A stretch of 64,000 nucleotides of DNA from positions 84,553 to 148,552 of the forward strand of contig MFPS01000006.1 of assembly GCA_001782825.1 (NCBI GenBank), in the 5' to 3' direction. Positions 23,014-33,166 of the stretch are shown here, one piece after another. How positions within the stretch are numbered: position 1 is the stretch's first letter; each line of letters begins with the position of its first letter. The notes beneath the pieces were generated by a model, which was given only the letters and a program-made list of their open reading frames with translations, made no database searches and was not told the DNA's origin. Position numbers and translations under genes: made by a program. This DNA comes from Candidatus Magasanikbacteria bacterium RIFCSPHIGHO2_01_FULL_33_34 (GTDB lineage Bacteria; Patescibacteriota; Patescibacteriia; Magasanikbacterales; UBA922).

Positions 23014-26000
23014 TTAACTACAACCAAGTGAGTCACCACAGTTCAGACATTTATAACAAGCTCCATTTCTCACAGTAATATGACCACAGGTTGGACAAGC
23101 TGGCGCATCACCGTCCATACTACTAAGGGCTTGATCAACCACATCTACTGTATTAGTTTCCATTGTGATCAATAATTCTTGTTCTTCTAAAGATCTTTCA
23201 ATTACTATATTAGTTGCTTCTGATTTTAATTCCATTGTTTCTTGTTTGACACTACTATCCAAGATCTTTGCCATTTTCTCAAATCTATTTTTTTGAATTC
23301 CAGTTGGTTTTACTTGGACAAAATCAGTTCTTCCCAAATATTCCATTCCAAGTACACGAAATACAAAATCTAAAACCGAAGTACATATCTTGATATTCGG
23401 GTGATCTGTCATTCCAGCTGGTTCAAATCTAGTGAAAACAAAATTATTTACATATTTTTCAAGTGGAACACCATATTGCAATCCCATGGAAACTGATATA
23501 GCAAACATATTCAAAATACTTCTAAAGGCTGCGCCTTCTTTGTACATATCAATAAATATCTCGGCCAATCTACCATCTGGATATTCACCGGTACGAAGCC
23601 AAATTTGTTGATTTCCAATTTTAGCAGCTACAGTTATACCACTTCTCTTTGCTGGTACTTTTCTTTTTTCTCCATGCAAATATATTCTGTGATCAGTTAC
23701 TGTACCATCATTTTCATAAGTCGGCATCGCGTGTGAATCTGGGATATGTTGTTTCAAAAGTCTACTTGCTTCAAAAATTGCTCGGCTTATTTCAGAATCA
23801 TTTAGTGTTGCGCCAACTTCTTGAAGTTCACTTTCAATTGTAGCACTAGTTTCCACAACTACCGGCTCTTTCACTTCTTCTTTTTCTGATTCAGTTTTTT
23901 TGCTTGAAGTAGAGAGTGGTTGGCTAAGTTTACAGCCATCACGATATAGTGCCACTGCTTTCAAACCTTTGCGCCAAGATTCATTGTAAGCATGTTTAAT
24001 ATCATCAACCGTTACCTCATTTGGCATATTAATTGTTTTTGAAATTGCGCCTGACAAAAATGGTTGAACCGCAGCCATCATTCTCACATGACCCATATAA
24101 TGAATAGATCTCAAACCATTTTTTCCACAACGATTAGCACAATCAAATACTGGATAATGCTCTTGTTTCAAATGTGGAGCGCCCTCAATAGTCATTGTTC
24201 CACAAACATAATTATTTGCTTCATCAATTTGTTCTTGAGTAAAACCAAGAGCTTTAAGCATTTGAAAATTTGGATCATTGTATTGCTCCTTTGCAATTCC
24301 TACTCTTTGCATACACTCTTCACCAAGTGTCCAAACATTAAATACAAATTGGATTTCAAAAGCACTCTTCATCGCGCCTTTTAACTTTTCTAAGTCACCA
24401 TCAGTAAAACCTTTTTCCTTGAGAGTTGTAGTATTTATTTGTGGAGCGCTAGCTATATCAGCTGTGCCTTTTGTGTAATTCAAAATATCTTGTATCTCTG
24501 CATCTGTGTATTTCAAATTTTTCAAAGCTACTGGTACTGCTTCATTTACGATTTTAAAATATCCTCCACCAGCAAGTTTCTTAAATTTAACTAATGCAAA
24601 ATCTGGCTCAACTCCAGTAGTAGCACAATCCATCAAAAGACCAATCGTTCCAGTTGGCGCCAACAAAGTTGTTTGCGCATTCCTATATCCATATTTTTCA
24701 CCCCAAGAAAGTGCCTCATTCCAACTCTCTCGAGCAGCGGCCAACAAATATGCTGGGGCAAATTCTGGATCAATCCCAACTGGTTTAATCGTTACTTTTT
24801 CATATTCGCTATCAGCAACATTAAATGTAGCTCGTCTATGATTGCGCATTACTCTCAACATATCTTCTCGGTTGTAATCAAATTTTGGAAATGTCCCCAA
24901 AAATCTAGCCAACTCTGCACTTGTCCTATACGACTCACCTGTCAAAAGAGCGGTAACTGAACCAGCAAAAGCATAAGCTTCTTCTGATTCATATGGTATC
25001 CCCGATGTCAAAAGTACACTTCCCAAATTTGCATAACCCAATCCCAAAGTTCTGAAATCATAACTCATCTGAGCAATTTCTTTACTTGGGAATTGTGCCA
25101 TCAATACACTAACCTCAAGTACAACTGTCCAAAGACGAGTCGCATGTTTAAAAGCATCTACCAAAAATTCTTGTTTTTCTACATTGAAAAAATGAGCTAA
25201 ATTCAAAGATGCCAAATTGCAAGCAGTATTATCCAAAAACATATACTCACTACAAGGATTTGAAGCATTGATTCTGCCTGATTGTGGACAGGTGTGCCAA
25301 TCATTGATTGTACCGTCAAATTGCACTCCTGGATCAGCACAAGCCCAAGCAGCATAAGACACCTTGTCCCACAATTCTTGTGCTTTCATTGTCTTGCAAG
25401 CAGTATTATCAGTTCTCCACAACAAACTCCAAGAACCATCACGTTCCAAGGCTTCCATAAACTTATGTGGAACCCGAACTGAATTATTTGAATTTTGACC
25501 AGATACTGTCTGATACGCCTCACCTTCATAATCTGATGTATATCCCGCAACCATAAGAGCGGCCACTTTTTTTTCTTCTTCTACTTTCCAATTTATAAAT
25601 GCCTCAATATCAGGATGATCAAGATCAAGGACACACATCTTGGCAGCACGACGTGTGGTCCCGCCAGACTTGATGGCACCAGCAGACCTGTCACCGATTT
25701 TCAAAAAGCTCATCAAACCGCTAGATCGTCCGCCACCACTCAAAGGCTCACCATTGCCACGCAAACCTGAAAAATTTGTCCCTGTTCCAGAACCATATTT
25801 AAATAATCGAGCTTCACGAACCCACAAATCCATAATTCCACCTTCATTTACCAAATCATCTTTAACTGATTGAATAAAACAAGCATGTGGTTGTGGATGA
25901 GTATAGGCATCAGTAGATTTTGTAAGCACGCCTGTGTCTGGATCAATATAATGATGACCTTGAGCTGGACCATTTATTCCATAAGCCCAATAAATACCAG

Positions 26001-26514
26001 TATTAAACCACTGTGGTGAATTTGGCGCGGCCATTTGACGGAGTAACATTACTACAATCTCATCATAAAAAATCTGCGCATCTTTGGCACTTGCAAAATA
26101 CCCATACTTCTCACCCCAATATCTCCATGTGCCGGCCAACCTATGAATTGGTTGCTTTGCACTTGTTTCAGGCCCAAGCATGGGTGTCCCGTCATCGTGC
26201 ATTTTAATGGTACCATCAGCATTGTGTTGTGGTACGCCGGCTTTACGGAAATATTTTTGTGCCATAATATCAGTAGCCACTTGTGACCACTGTTTTGGTA
26301 TCTCAATATCTTTCATTTCAAATACAACCGTACCATCTGGTTCACGAATAACAGAACTTCTTTTTTCATATTCAACCATATCATACGCACTCTTTCCCTC
26401 TACACTAAATTTGCGCTGAAAACGCATAGCATTTTCATTGTATAAAAAATCTTTTTCACCTTCGGTTTGCCCAAGATGAAGATTTTGGATAAATTTTGAA
26501 TCGACAGGTCCCAT
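23014..26514 (-). CDS. nrdJ: Adenosylcobalamin-dependent (class II) ribonucleotide reductase
   Basis: PNSPQWFN, ACFI, NPCSEY, APTGTIG, SGAISKT, YRDGCK, C-terminal TSCPD domain and CPTCG...CYKCLNCG. Confidence 0.96.
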   Translation of the reverse strand: MGPVDSKFIQNLHLGQTEGEKDFLYNENAMRFQRKFSVEGKSAYDMVEYEKRSSVIREPDGTVVFEMKDIEIPKQWSQVATDIMAQKYFRKAGVPQHNADGTIKMHDDGTPMLGPETSAKQPIHRLAGTWRYWGEKYGYFASAKDAQIFYDEIVVMLLRQMAAPNSPQWFNTGIYWAYGINGPAQGHHYIDPDTGVLTKSTDAYTHPQPHACFIQSVKDDLVNEGGIMDLWVREARLFKYGSGTGTNFSGLRGNGEPLSGGGRSSGLMSFLKIGDRSAGAIKSGGTTRRAAKMCVLDLDHPDIEAFINWKVEEEKKVAALMVAGYTSDYEGEAYQTVSGQNSNNSVRVPHKFMEALERDGSWSLLWRTDNTACKTMKAQELWDKVSYAAWACADPGVQFDGTINDWHTCPQSGRINASNPCSEYMFLDNTACNLASLNLAHFFNVEKQEFLVDAFKHATRLWTVVLEVSVLMAQFPSKEIAQMSYDFRTLGLGYANLGSVLLTSGIPYESEEAYAFAGSVTALLTGESYRTSAELARFLGTFPKFDYNREDMLRVMRNHRRATFNVADSEYEKVTIKPVGIDPEFAPAYLLAAARESWNEALSWGEKYGYRNAQTTLLAPTGTIGLLMDCATTGVEPDFALVKFKKLAGGGYFKIVNEAVPVALKNLKYTDAEIQDILNYTKGTADIASAPQINTTTLKEKGFTDGDLEKLKGAMKSAFEIQFVFNVWTLGEECMQRVGIAKEQYNDPNFQMLKALGFTQEQIDEANNYVCGTMTIEGAPHLKQEHYPVFDCANRCGKNGLRSIHYMGHVRMMAAVQPFLSGAISKTINMPNEVTVDDIKHAYNESWRKGLKAVALYRDGCKLSQPLSTSSKKTESEKEEVKEPVVVETSATIESELQEVGATLNDSEISRAIFEASRLLKQHIPDSHAMPTYENDGTVTDHRIYLHGEKRKVPAKRSGITVAAKIGNQQIWLRTGEYPDGRLAEIFIDMYKEGAAFRSILNMFAISVSMGLQYGVPLEKYVNNFVFTRFEPAGMTDHPNIKICTSVLDFVFRVLGMEYLGRTDFVQVKPTGIQKNRFEKMAKILDSSVKQETMELKSEATNIVIERSLEEQELLITMETNTVDVVDQALSSMDGDAPACPTCGHITVRNGACYKCLNCGDSLGCS

Positions 26515-26575
26515 AAAATTATGATTAAGATTTTAATTTAAGTTACAAAAACGCCTTGCCATGGCGTTCAATCTT

Positions 26576-26623
26576 TTACTATATATAGTGGTATAAATAT
26601 ATTTTAACCACTATATATTGTGT
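26576..26623. promoter_or_regulatory. Tandem NrdR boxes upstream of nrdJ
   Basis: ttaCTATATATAGtgg (26576-26591) and ccaCTATATATTGtgt (26608-26623), 32 bp apart; match acaCwAtATaTwGtgt. Confidence 0.9.
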
Positions 26624-26742
26624 TATATGCGGGCAACATTTATTATAGCACACAGAATAAAACTAGCCAAATCCATATCCCTTTTGCTCTTTTTAACTAA
26701 CCCAAGCTGTTATTTTTTATTATGAGTCGCAAAATATTATAC

Positions 26743-26751
26743 TTATCCACA
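26743..26751 (+). promoter_or_regulatory. DnaA box in the nrdJ/ruvB intergenic region
   Basis: TTATCCACA. Confidence 0.55.
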
Positions 26752-26872
26752 ATCAAAAATATTACAAACACAATTAAATATAAATTATTAGAAATTAAGA
26801 AGTCCTAATCAAGGAAATTCTAAAGCGAGGAGGACAGTACAAATAAATGTAGTTTCAAAAATGTCATACAAC

Positions 26873-26914
26873 AAAAGCCATTAGCTTGAGAGAAATCTCG
26901 CTAATGGCTTTTTT
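26873..26914. terminator. Strong hairpin/terminator just upstream of the ruvB promoter
   Basis: AAAAGCCATTAGC-ttgagagaaatctc-GCTAATGGCTTTTTT. Confidence 0.65.
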
Positions 26915-26941
26915 GACTTTAAACGCTCTTCAACGTAAAAT
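26913..26941 (+). promoter_or_regulatory. Sigma70 promoter of ruvB
   Basis: TTGACT-17-TAAAAT, 12 nt before the ATG. Confidence 0.6.
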
Positions 26942-26953
26942 ACAAATATATTT

Positions 26954-28021
26954 ATGCTAAATGAAGAAACATACAATTTAGAAAATGAAGAACCACGATT
27001 GATCACGCCAGAAGAAATTGTAGATGAACAAACTATTGAAATAAATCTGCGTCCACAAACTTTACTAGAATTTATTGGACAAGACCATATAAAGGAGCCA
27101 CTCTCAATCTCAATTGAAGCTTCTAAAAAAAGAAATGAATCCATTGAACATGTACTACTTTATGGAAATCCTGGTCTTGGAAAAACTACCCTTGCAAATA
27201 TCATTGCGCGTGAAATGGGTTCAAATATTCGCATAACAGCTGGTCCAGCTCTAGAACGAGTCGGCGACCTAGCTGCTATACTGTCCAACCTTGAAGCCGG
27301 TGATGTACTTTTTATTGACGAAATTCATCGTATGAACAAAACCATTGAAGAAGTAATGTATAGTGCAATGGAAGATTATGCACTAGATATAATAGTTGGC
27401 AAAGGTCCAGCAGCGAGAACTTTGCGAATGCCACTTGAACGATTTACACTGATCGGCGCAACCACAAAATTAAATTTATTATCCAGTCCATTACGAGACC
27501 GTTTTGGCCATGTATATCACCTAAACTTTTATGAAAATGATGATATTAAAAAAATTGTTCACAGAAGTGCATCTATACTAGAAATGGATATCAAAGACAA
27601 TGCATCTGATATCATATCCAGTCGTTCACGTAGAACTCCACGCGTAGCTAATCGTCTACTTCGAAGAGTCCGAGATTATGCTGAAGTCCGACATAATGGT
27701 ATAATATCAGATGAATCTACCATTGAAGCTTTAACAATGTTAAATGTAGACAAACATGGACTAGATGAAGTAGACAGAAAAATTTTAACTTGTATTATTG
27801 AAAAATTTGATGGTGGCCCAGTTGGTCTCAATACACTAGCCGCTGCTATAGCTGAAGATATGGATACTATTGAAACCATTTACGAACCATATCTTTTACA
27901 AATCGGTATGTTAGAAAGAACTCCTAGAGGCAGATTAGCGACTCGCACAGCCTATGATCATATAAATGTAACCAAACGCGAATCTACTAAACCTAAAAAT
28001 TTTAAAGGCTGGAAAATGTAA
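26954..28021 (+). CDS. ruvB: Holliday junction branch migration helicase RuvB
   Basis: [28 protein letters not shown]. Confidence 0.97.
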   Translation: MLNEETYNLENEEPRLITPEEIVDEQTIEINLRPQTLLEFIGQDHIKEPLSISIEASKKRNESIEHVLLYGNPGLGKTTLANIIAREMGSNIRITAGPALERVGDLAAILSNLEAGDVLFIDEIHRMNKTIEEVMYSAMEDYALDIIVGKGPAARTLRMPLERFTLIGATTKLNLLSSPLRDRFGHVYHLNFYENDDIKKIVHRSASILEMDIKDNASDIISSRSRRTPRVANRLLRRVRDYAEVRHNGIISDESTIEALTMLNVDKHGLDEVDRKILTCIIEKFDGGPVGLNTLAAAIAEDMDTIETIYEPYLLQIGMLERTPRGRLATRTAYDHINVTKRESTKPKNFKGWKM

Positions 28022-28031
28022 TAAATTCAAT

Positions 28032-28292
28032 ATGGTATTACCACTCTATATATTATTATTTGTTTATATATTATTTTTAACCGTCTTTTCGGTTTTTCTT
28101 CTTATCAATTTATATCATATACTAATGACTGGCTCAGTTACTATTATCAGCTTTTTTGTATCTTTTTTTATATTCTTTGGGACTTTTCTTGTGCTCTATC
28201 TCACATGGTATTTTTTACAAGATGTAAACTGGCAACAAACCTTGATAGACCTTTCAAACGCCAGCAATATATTTAGTCCATCCAATCTATAA
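28032..28292 (+). CDS. Small membrane protein
   Basis: Two TM helices, operonic with ruvB. Confidence 0.65.
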   Translation: MVLPLYILLFVYILFLTVFSVFLLINLYHILMTGSVTIISFFVSFFIFFGTFLVLYLTWYFLQDVNWQQTLIDLSNASNIFSPSNL

Positions 28293-28297
28293 TCAAT

Positions 28298-28840
28298 ATG
28301 AATACATCATATTTTATAAAACAAAAATCATACGAAAAAGTAAAATACGTTTTGCGACGCCATCCAATTACTTTTATACCTCATTTGTTTTTATTTTTTA
28401 TCTCATTGGTTGTACCTATTTTAGTATACCTGATGATTTCCAATATCTATCCTACTCTTTTTGATAGCGAAGTAATTTATGCCACTGGCATAATAGCAGG
28501 AAGTATTTATTTTTTGAGCGCGCTTTTATTTGGTTATGGCACTTTTATTGATTTTTATTTGGATGTGTGGATTATAACCAATGATCGCATTGTTGATATT
28601 GAACAATTTGGACTTTTTTCCAGAACTATTTCAGAACTTGATTTATTTCGCATCCAAGATATAACCACAGAAACACAAGGTTTCTTTGCTACAATTTTCA
28701 AATATGGCAATGTAACCATAAAGACCGCTTCTACAAATCTAAGCTTGGTTTTCAAAAATGTTCCTAATCCCAATCATATACGATCAGAACTTTTACAACT
28801 TGCACACGAAGATTTCAAATACCACCGAGACAAGCTTTAA
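28298..28840 (+). CDS. Bacterial PH-domain membrane protein
   Basis: WIITNDRIVDIEQFGLF...IQDI...FKYGNV.I.TA. Confidence 0.85.
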   Translation: MNTSYFIKQKSYEKVKYVLRRHPITFIPHLFLFFISLVVPILVYLMISNIYPTLFDSEVIYATGIIAGSIYFLSALLFGYGTFIDFYLDVWIITNDRIVDIEQFGLFSRTISELDLFRIQDITTETQGFFATIFKYGNVTIKTASTNLSLVFKNVPNPNHIRSELLQLAHEDFKYHRDKL

Positions 28841-28845
28841 AAAAT

Positions 28846-29145
28846 ATGAAATGGTTTTTGTCACTTAATATATTAACTCAAATATTACTCATATATTTTA
28901 TTATAATCAATATTATTGCCTTTTTCTTTTTTGGTTTAGACAAATTAAAATCACAATTAAATAAACAAAGAATAAGTGAAAAAAATCTGTGGTTACTAGC
29001 GCTTATCGGCGGTTCCGCCGGCTCACTACTGGCTATGAATTTTTTCAGACACAAAACCCAAAAAACTTCTTTTCAGATTGTGTTTGTGTTAATTTTATTA
29101 ATTCAAATAACTTCAATAGTATTAATATTAAATAAATATAATTAA
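28846..29145 (+). CDS. DUF1294 family membrane protein
   Basis: GLDK...RISEKNL...GGSAG...FRHKTQK. Confidence 0.88.
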   Translation: MKWFLSLNILTQILLIYFIIINIIAFFFFGLDKLKSQLNKQRISEKNLWLLALIGGSAGSLLAMNFFRHKTQKTSFQIVFVLILLIQITSIVLILNKYN

Positions 29146-29154
29146 TAATAATTT

Positions 29155-29802
29155 ATGAAATTTTTTATAGACACCGCTAATATAGAGGAAATCAAAAAAT
29201 ATGCCACACTTGGCATGCTTGACGGCGTTACCACCAACCCATCTCTTCTTGCTAAAGAAGGAGTAAACTTTGAAAAAAGAATCAAAGAAATTTTAAAAGT
29301 AGTAAAAGGTCCAGTCAGTGTTGAAGTAATTGCAACCGACACAAAAGGTATGATTAAAGAAGGCAAAAAATATGCTACCTGGGGAAAAAATGTTTATGTA
29401 AAAGTTCCTTGTACTTTTGATGGTCTCTCAGCTGTTCGTTCTTTTAGCAAAGAATCCATAAAAACAAATGTAACTTTGGTATTTAGTGCCAACCAAGCAT
29501 TACTAGCAGCCAAAGCTGGCGCAACTCTGGTTAGTCCATTTGTAGGCAGATTAGATGATATTGGCAAAGTCGGCATGGATATAGTAGCAGAAATGCTCAC
29601 CATATTTGAAAATTATCAACTCAAAACTCAAGTATTAGTCGCAAGTATACGAAGCACAGAACATGTCCTCAAGGCTGCTATGCTCGGAGCGCATATTGCA
29701 ACCATACCCGCCAAAATATTAGAAGAACTTATAAAACACCCTCTCACAGATAAAGGACTAGAAAAATTCTTGGATGATTGGAATAAAATGCAAAAAAAAT
29801 AA
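29155..29802 (+). CDS. Transaldolase / fructose-6-phosphate aldolase family protein
   Basis: [28 protein letters not shown] (Phe suggests transaldolase), ASIR. Confidence 0.92.
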   Translation: MKFFIDTANIEEIKKYATLGMLDGVTTNPSLLAKEGVNFEKRIKEILKVVKGPVSVEVIATDTKGMIKEGKKYATWGKNVYVKVPCTFDGLSAVRSFSKESIKTNVTLVFSANQALLAAKAGATLVSPFVGRLDDIGKVGMDIVAEMLTIFENYQLKTQVLVASIRSTEHVLKAAMLGAHIATIPAKILEELIKHPLTDKGLEKFLDDWNKMQKK

Positions 29803-29936
29803 TATCAAATTACAAAACCACCTGAAAAATCAAGTGGTTTTAATTTAAAATATATTTTAAATTCACATTTTGTCAATAATTCTCAACTGTTATATACTAT
29901 CACTATAATTATCTTAAAATAAACTAATATTTTTGT

Positions 29937-30905
29937 ATGATGTCAGACGCAATTAAATCATTTGCAAACCAATTTGCCTACGAACCAACCATTGAAAATT
30001 CCAAAAAACTAAAAAAATATAAAAAATATATATTGTCAGGCATGGGCGGTTCACACTTAGCAGCAGATCTCGCTCGTATTTATGACCCAACACTCCCATT
30101 GATTATCCGCTCTGATTATGGCCTACCTCAAATGCTAGCGCATGAACACAAGCACAGTTTATTTATTGCTAGCTCTTATTCTGGAAACACCGAAGAAGTG
30201 ATTGATGCTCTCAATAATGCTCTCAAAGAAAAAATACCATCAGCTGTAATTTCTATTGGTGGTAAATTAATTGATATAGCAAAAAAACACAATCTACCAT
30301 ATATACAAATGCCAAATACTGGCATACAGCCTCGCTCAGCTCTTGGTTTTAGTTTAAATGCATTATTCAAACTACTCGGTCGTGAAGATGCCTTAAAAGA
30401 TTGTCACAAATTAGCAAAAACATTAAAGCCACAAAATTTTGAAAATACTGGAAAACAATTAGCAAAAAATTTAAAAAACAAAATACCCATAATTTATTGT
30501 TCTAGACACAACAAATCAATCGGTTACAATTGGAAAATAAAATTTAATGAAACAGGCAAAATACCAGCCTATTACAATGTATTTCCCGAACTCAATCACA
30601 ATGAAATGACTAGTTTTGATGTTAACTCTAACTCAAAACATTTATCAGAAAATTTTTATTTTATTATTCTCAAAGATAAAAATGATCACAAAAAAATCCA
30701 AAAAAGGATGGATGCTCTTGTAAAACTATACAAAGATAGAAAGTTAAATGTAGAAATAATCAACCTTACTGGAAAAAACAAATTAGAAAAAATATTTTCT
30801 TCACTACTAATCGCTGATTGGACAGCAATCTATACTGCTGAAAATTATGGATTAGAGTCAGAACAAGTACCAATGGTAGAAGAATTTAAAAAAATTATTA
30901 AATAA
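29937..30905 (+). CDS. Bifunctional phosphoglucose/phosphomannose isomerase (SIS)
   Basis: GMGGS, SYSGNTEE, QPRSA, WKIKFNETGK, PELNHNE. Confidence 0.92.
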   Translation: MMSDAIKSFANQFAYEPTIENSKKLKKYKKYILSGMGGSHLAADLARIYDPTLPLIIRSDYGLPQMLAHEHKHSLFIASSYSGNTEEVIDALNNALKEKIPSAVISIGGKLIDIAKKHNLPYIQMPNTGIQPRSALGFSLNALFKLLGREDALKDCHKLAKTLKPQNFENTGKQLAKNLKNKIPIIYCSRHNKSIGYNWKIKFNETGKIPAYYNVFPELNHNEMTSFDVNSNSKHLSENFYFIILKDKNDHKKIQKRMDALVKLYKDRKLNVEIINLTGKNKLEKIFSSLLIADWTAIYTAENYGLESEQVPMVEEFKKIIK

Positions 30906-30942
30906 ACAATATAAATTCATTGATAAATTATAATCTAAAATA

Positions 30943-31046
30943 AATTAATGATTAGAAATTATTATGAGCGGATTTGTTTGCCACAACAGGCAAACACCTC
31001 GGAGCCACAGCGAGAATGAGAGAATAATAATTTCTAATCATTAATT
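30943..31046. repeat. Perfect 23-bp inverted repeat enclosing a GC-richer hairpin
   Basis: AATTAATGATTAGAAATTATTAT (30943-30965) / ATAATAATTTCTAATCATTAATT (31024-31046); inner TGTTTGCC-acaaca-GGCAAACA. Confidence 0.85.
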
Positions 31047-31066
31047 ATTAATAATTAAATAAATTT

Positions 31067-32893
31067 ATGACCACATCAAAGCTAAAAGAAATAGCTAAAC
31101 TAATCCGCTACTATATTTTAATTTCAACCACAAAAGCCGGATCTGGCCATCCGACATCTTCTCTTTCTGCTACTGATATTATGACTGCATTATTTTTTGA
31201 TGGACATTTCAAATTTGATGCATCTAACCCTAACAACCCCAACAATGACAGATTGCTTTTTTCCAAAGGCCACGCTTCACCACTTTTTTATGCACTGTGG
31301 GCAGTTGCCGGAAATTTGAAAGAAAAAGATTTATTAACTCTACGCAAATTTGGTAGCCCATTAGAAGGCCATCCAACTATGAAATTTCCTTTTACAGAAG
31401 CTGCGACTGGATCACTCGGTCAAGGACTATCAGTTGGTGTAGGTATAGCCCTCAACGCAAAATACCTTGATAAGTTACCTTATTATACCTATGTGCTCTT
31501 AGGAGACAGCGAAATGGCCGAAGGTTCAGTCTGGGAAGCAATTGATTTAGCCACTTATTACAACTTAGATAATCTCATTGCCATAGTAGATGTCAACAGA
31601 CTCGGCCAGCGTGGAGAAACCAAATATGGCCACGATACCAAAGCCTATGCCAAACGCGTCAAAGCTTTTGGCTGGGAAACCATTGAGGTTGATGGACACA
31701 ATATTGAAAAAATTATTAATGCTATCAAAAAAGCTAAAAATACCAAAAATAAGCCAATAATGATTGTAGCCAAAACAATCAAAGGCAAAGGAGTTTCTTT
31801 TGCAGAAAATAAAGATGGCTGGCATGGCAAAGCTCTAACAGAAGAACAACTTGCCAAAGCTTTAACAGAATTAGGTGAAATTAAAAAAACAGAAGTCAAA
31901 TTAAAACTTCCAAAAAATCTATTACCACAAAAATATACACCCAACAAAGTCAAAATTGAAACTTCAACAAAAGACAAAATTGCCACTCGCAAAGCCTATG
32001 GCACAGGCCTCTTAAAAGCTCACATCAATTATCCAAATATAGTAGTATTAGATGCAGAAACCAGCAACTCAACTTTTGCAGAAACCTTCAAAAATTATTA
32101 TCCAAATAGATTTTTTGAAATGTTCATTGCCGAACAAAATATGGTTGGTACCGCCATTGGCCTTTCTTCCCGTGGAAAAATTCCTTTTGTTTCCACTTTT
32201 GCGGCTTTTTTATCACGTGCTTATGACCAAATCCGAATGACTCAATACTCCAACTCAAATATCAAATTTGTTGGTTCACATGCTGGAGTCTCTATTGGCG
32301 AAGATGGTTCTTCTCAAATGGGACTTGAAGATATTTCTATGTTTCGCTCAATTCACAACAGTGTGGTTCTCTACCCATCTGATGCAGTTTCAACTGAAAA
32401 ATTAGTAATGAAATCCTGCCAACACAAAGGCGTGGTCTACATAAGAACCACTAGACAAGATACGTCTATTTTATACAAAGAAACAGATACTTTTGAAATT
32501 GGCGGAAGTAAAATATTGAGAAAAAGTGAAAATGATATTGTAACAATTGTCAGCGCAGGCATCACCCTACACGAGGCTCTTTCGGCTTATGAAGAATTAA
32601 AATCAAAAGGAATAAATATTCGCATAATTGATTTATACAGTATAAAACCAATAGATACCAAAACTTTACTTGAATCCGCCCAAAAAACCAAAGCCATCAT
32701 CACTGTTGAAGATCATTATGAAGCAGGTGGTCTAGGTGAAGCCGTAAAAAATGTTTTATCTACTCAATCAACTCCAGTTTATTCTTTGTTTGTAGACAAA
32801 ATACCTATGAGCGGTACGCCCCAAGAACTTTTAGACTATGAAGGCATCTCCAAAAATGCTATAATCAAAGCTGTTAATAAAATAAACAAATAA
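31067..32893 (+). CDS. tkt: Transketolase
   Basis: SGHPTSSLS, SKGHA, TGSLGQG, GDSEMAEG, IAEQ, GEDGSSQ. Confidence 0.95.
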   Translation: MTTSKLKEIAKLIRYYILISTTKAGSGHPTSSLSATDIMTALFFDGHFKFDASNPNNPNNDRLLFSKGHASPLFYALWAVAGNLKEKDLLTLRKFGSPLEGHPTMKFPFTEAATGSLGQGLSVGVGIALNAKYLDKLPYYTYVLLGDSEMAEGSVWEAIDLATYYNLDNLIAIVDVNRLGQRGETKYGHDTKAYAKRVKAFGWETIEVDGHNIEKIINAIKKAKNTKNKPIMIVAKTIKGKGVSFAENKDGWHGKALTEEQLAKALTELGEIKKTEVKLKLPKNLLPQKYTPNKVKIETSTKDKIATRKAYGTGLLKAHINYPNIVVLDAETSNSTFAETFKNYYPNRFFEMFIAEQNMVGTAIGLSSRGKIPFVSTFAAFLSRAYDQIRMTQYSNSNIKFVGSHAGVSIGEDGSSQMGLEDISMFRSIHNSVVLYPSDAVSTEKLVMKSCQHKGVVYIRTTRQDTSILYKETDTFEIGGSKILRKSENDIVTIVSAGITLHEALSAYEELKSKGINIRIIDLYSIKPIDTKTLLESAQKTKAIITVEDHYEAGGLGEAVKNVLSTQSTPVYSLFVDKIPMSGTPQELLDYEGISKNAIIKAVNKINK

Positions 32894-32909
32894 TATTTTA
32901 CATAAGTTT

Positions 32910-33122
32910 ATGAATTTGAATATTATCAGCGCAACTTTTACGACTCTCGGTGAAATTACCATTGCCTATACTGTAATTAGTGTCCACCATCGTGTAATGA
33001 AAGAACACAAAATTGACAACAATGTATTCAAAGAAATGCATAGAGAACAAAAAATTGCTCTCATAGGTATCACTCTCATAGTAATCGGATATGTTTTAAA
33101 TGTAATCACAGAATATATTTAA
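32910..33122 (+). CDS. Small membrane protein
   Basis: 70 aa with two hydrophobic segments; follows tkt; terminator at about 33128-33158. Confidence 0.6.
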   Translation: MNLNIISATFTTLGEITIAYTVISVHHRVMKEHKIDNNVFKEMHREQKIALIGITLIVIGYVLNVITEYI

Positions 33123-33166
33123 AAATAAAAAATCTCTAGACTAATCTAGAGATTTTTTAAAATAAA

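Noticed and set aside
26515-26950. Cobalamin riboswitch upstream of nrdJ
   Set aside because: No B12-box or GCCACUG motif; NrdR boxes account for the regulation.
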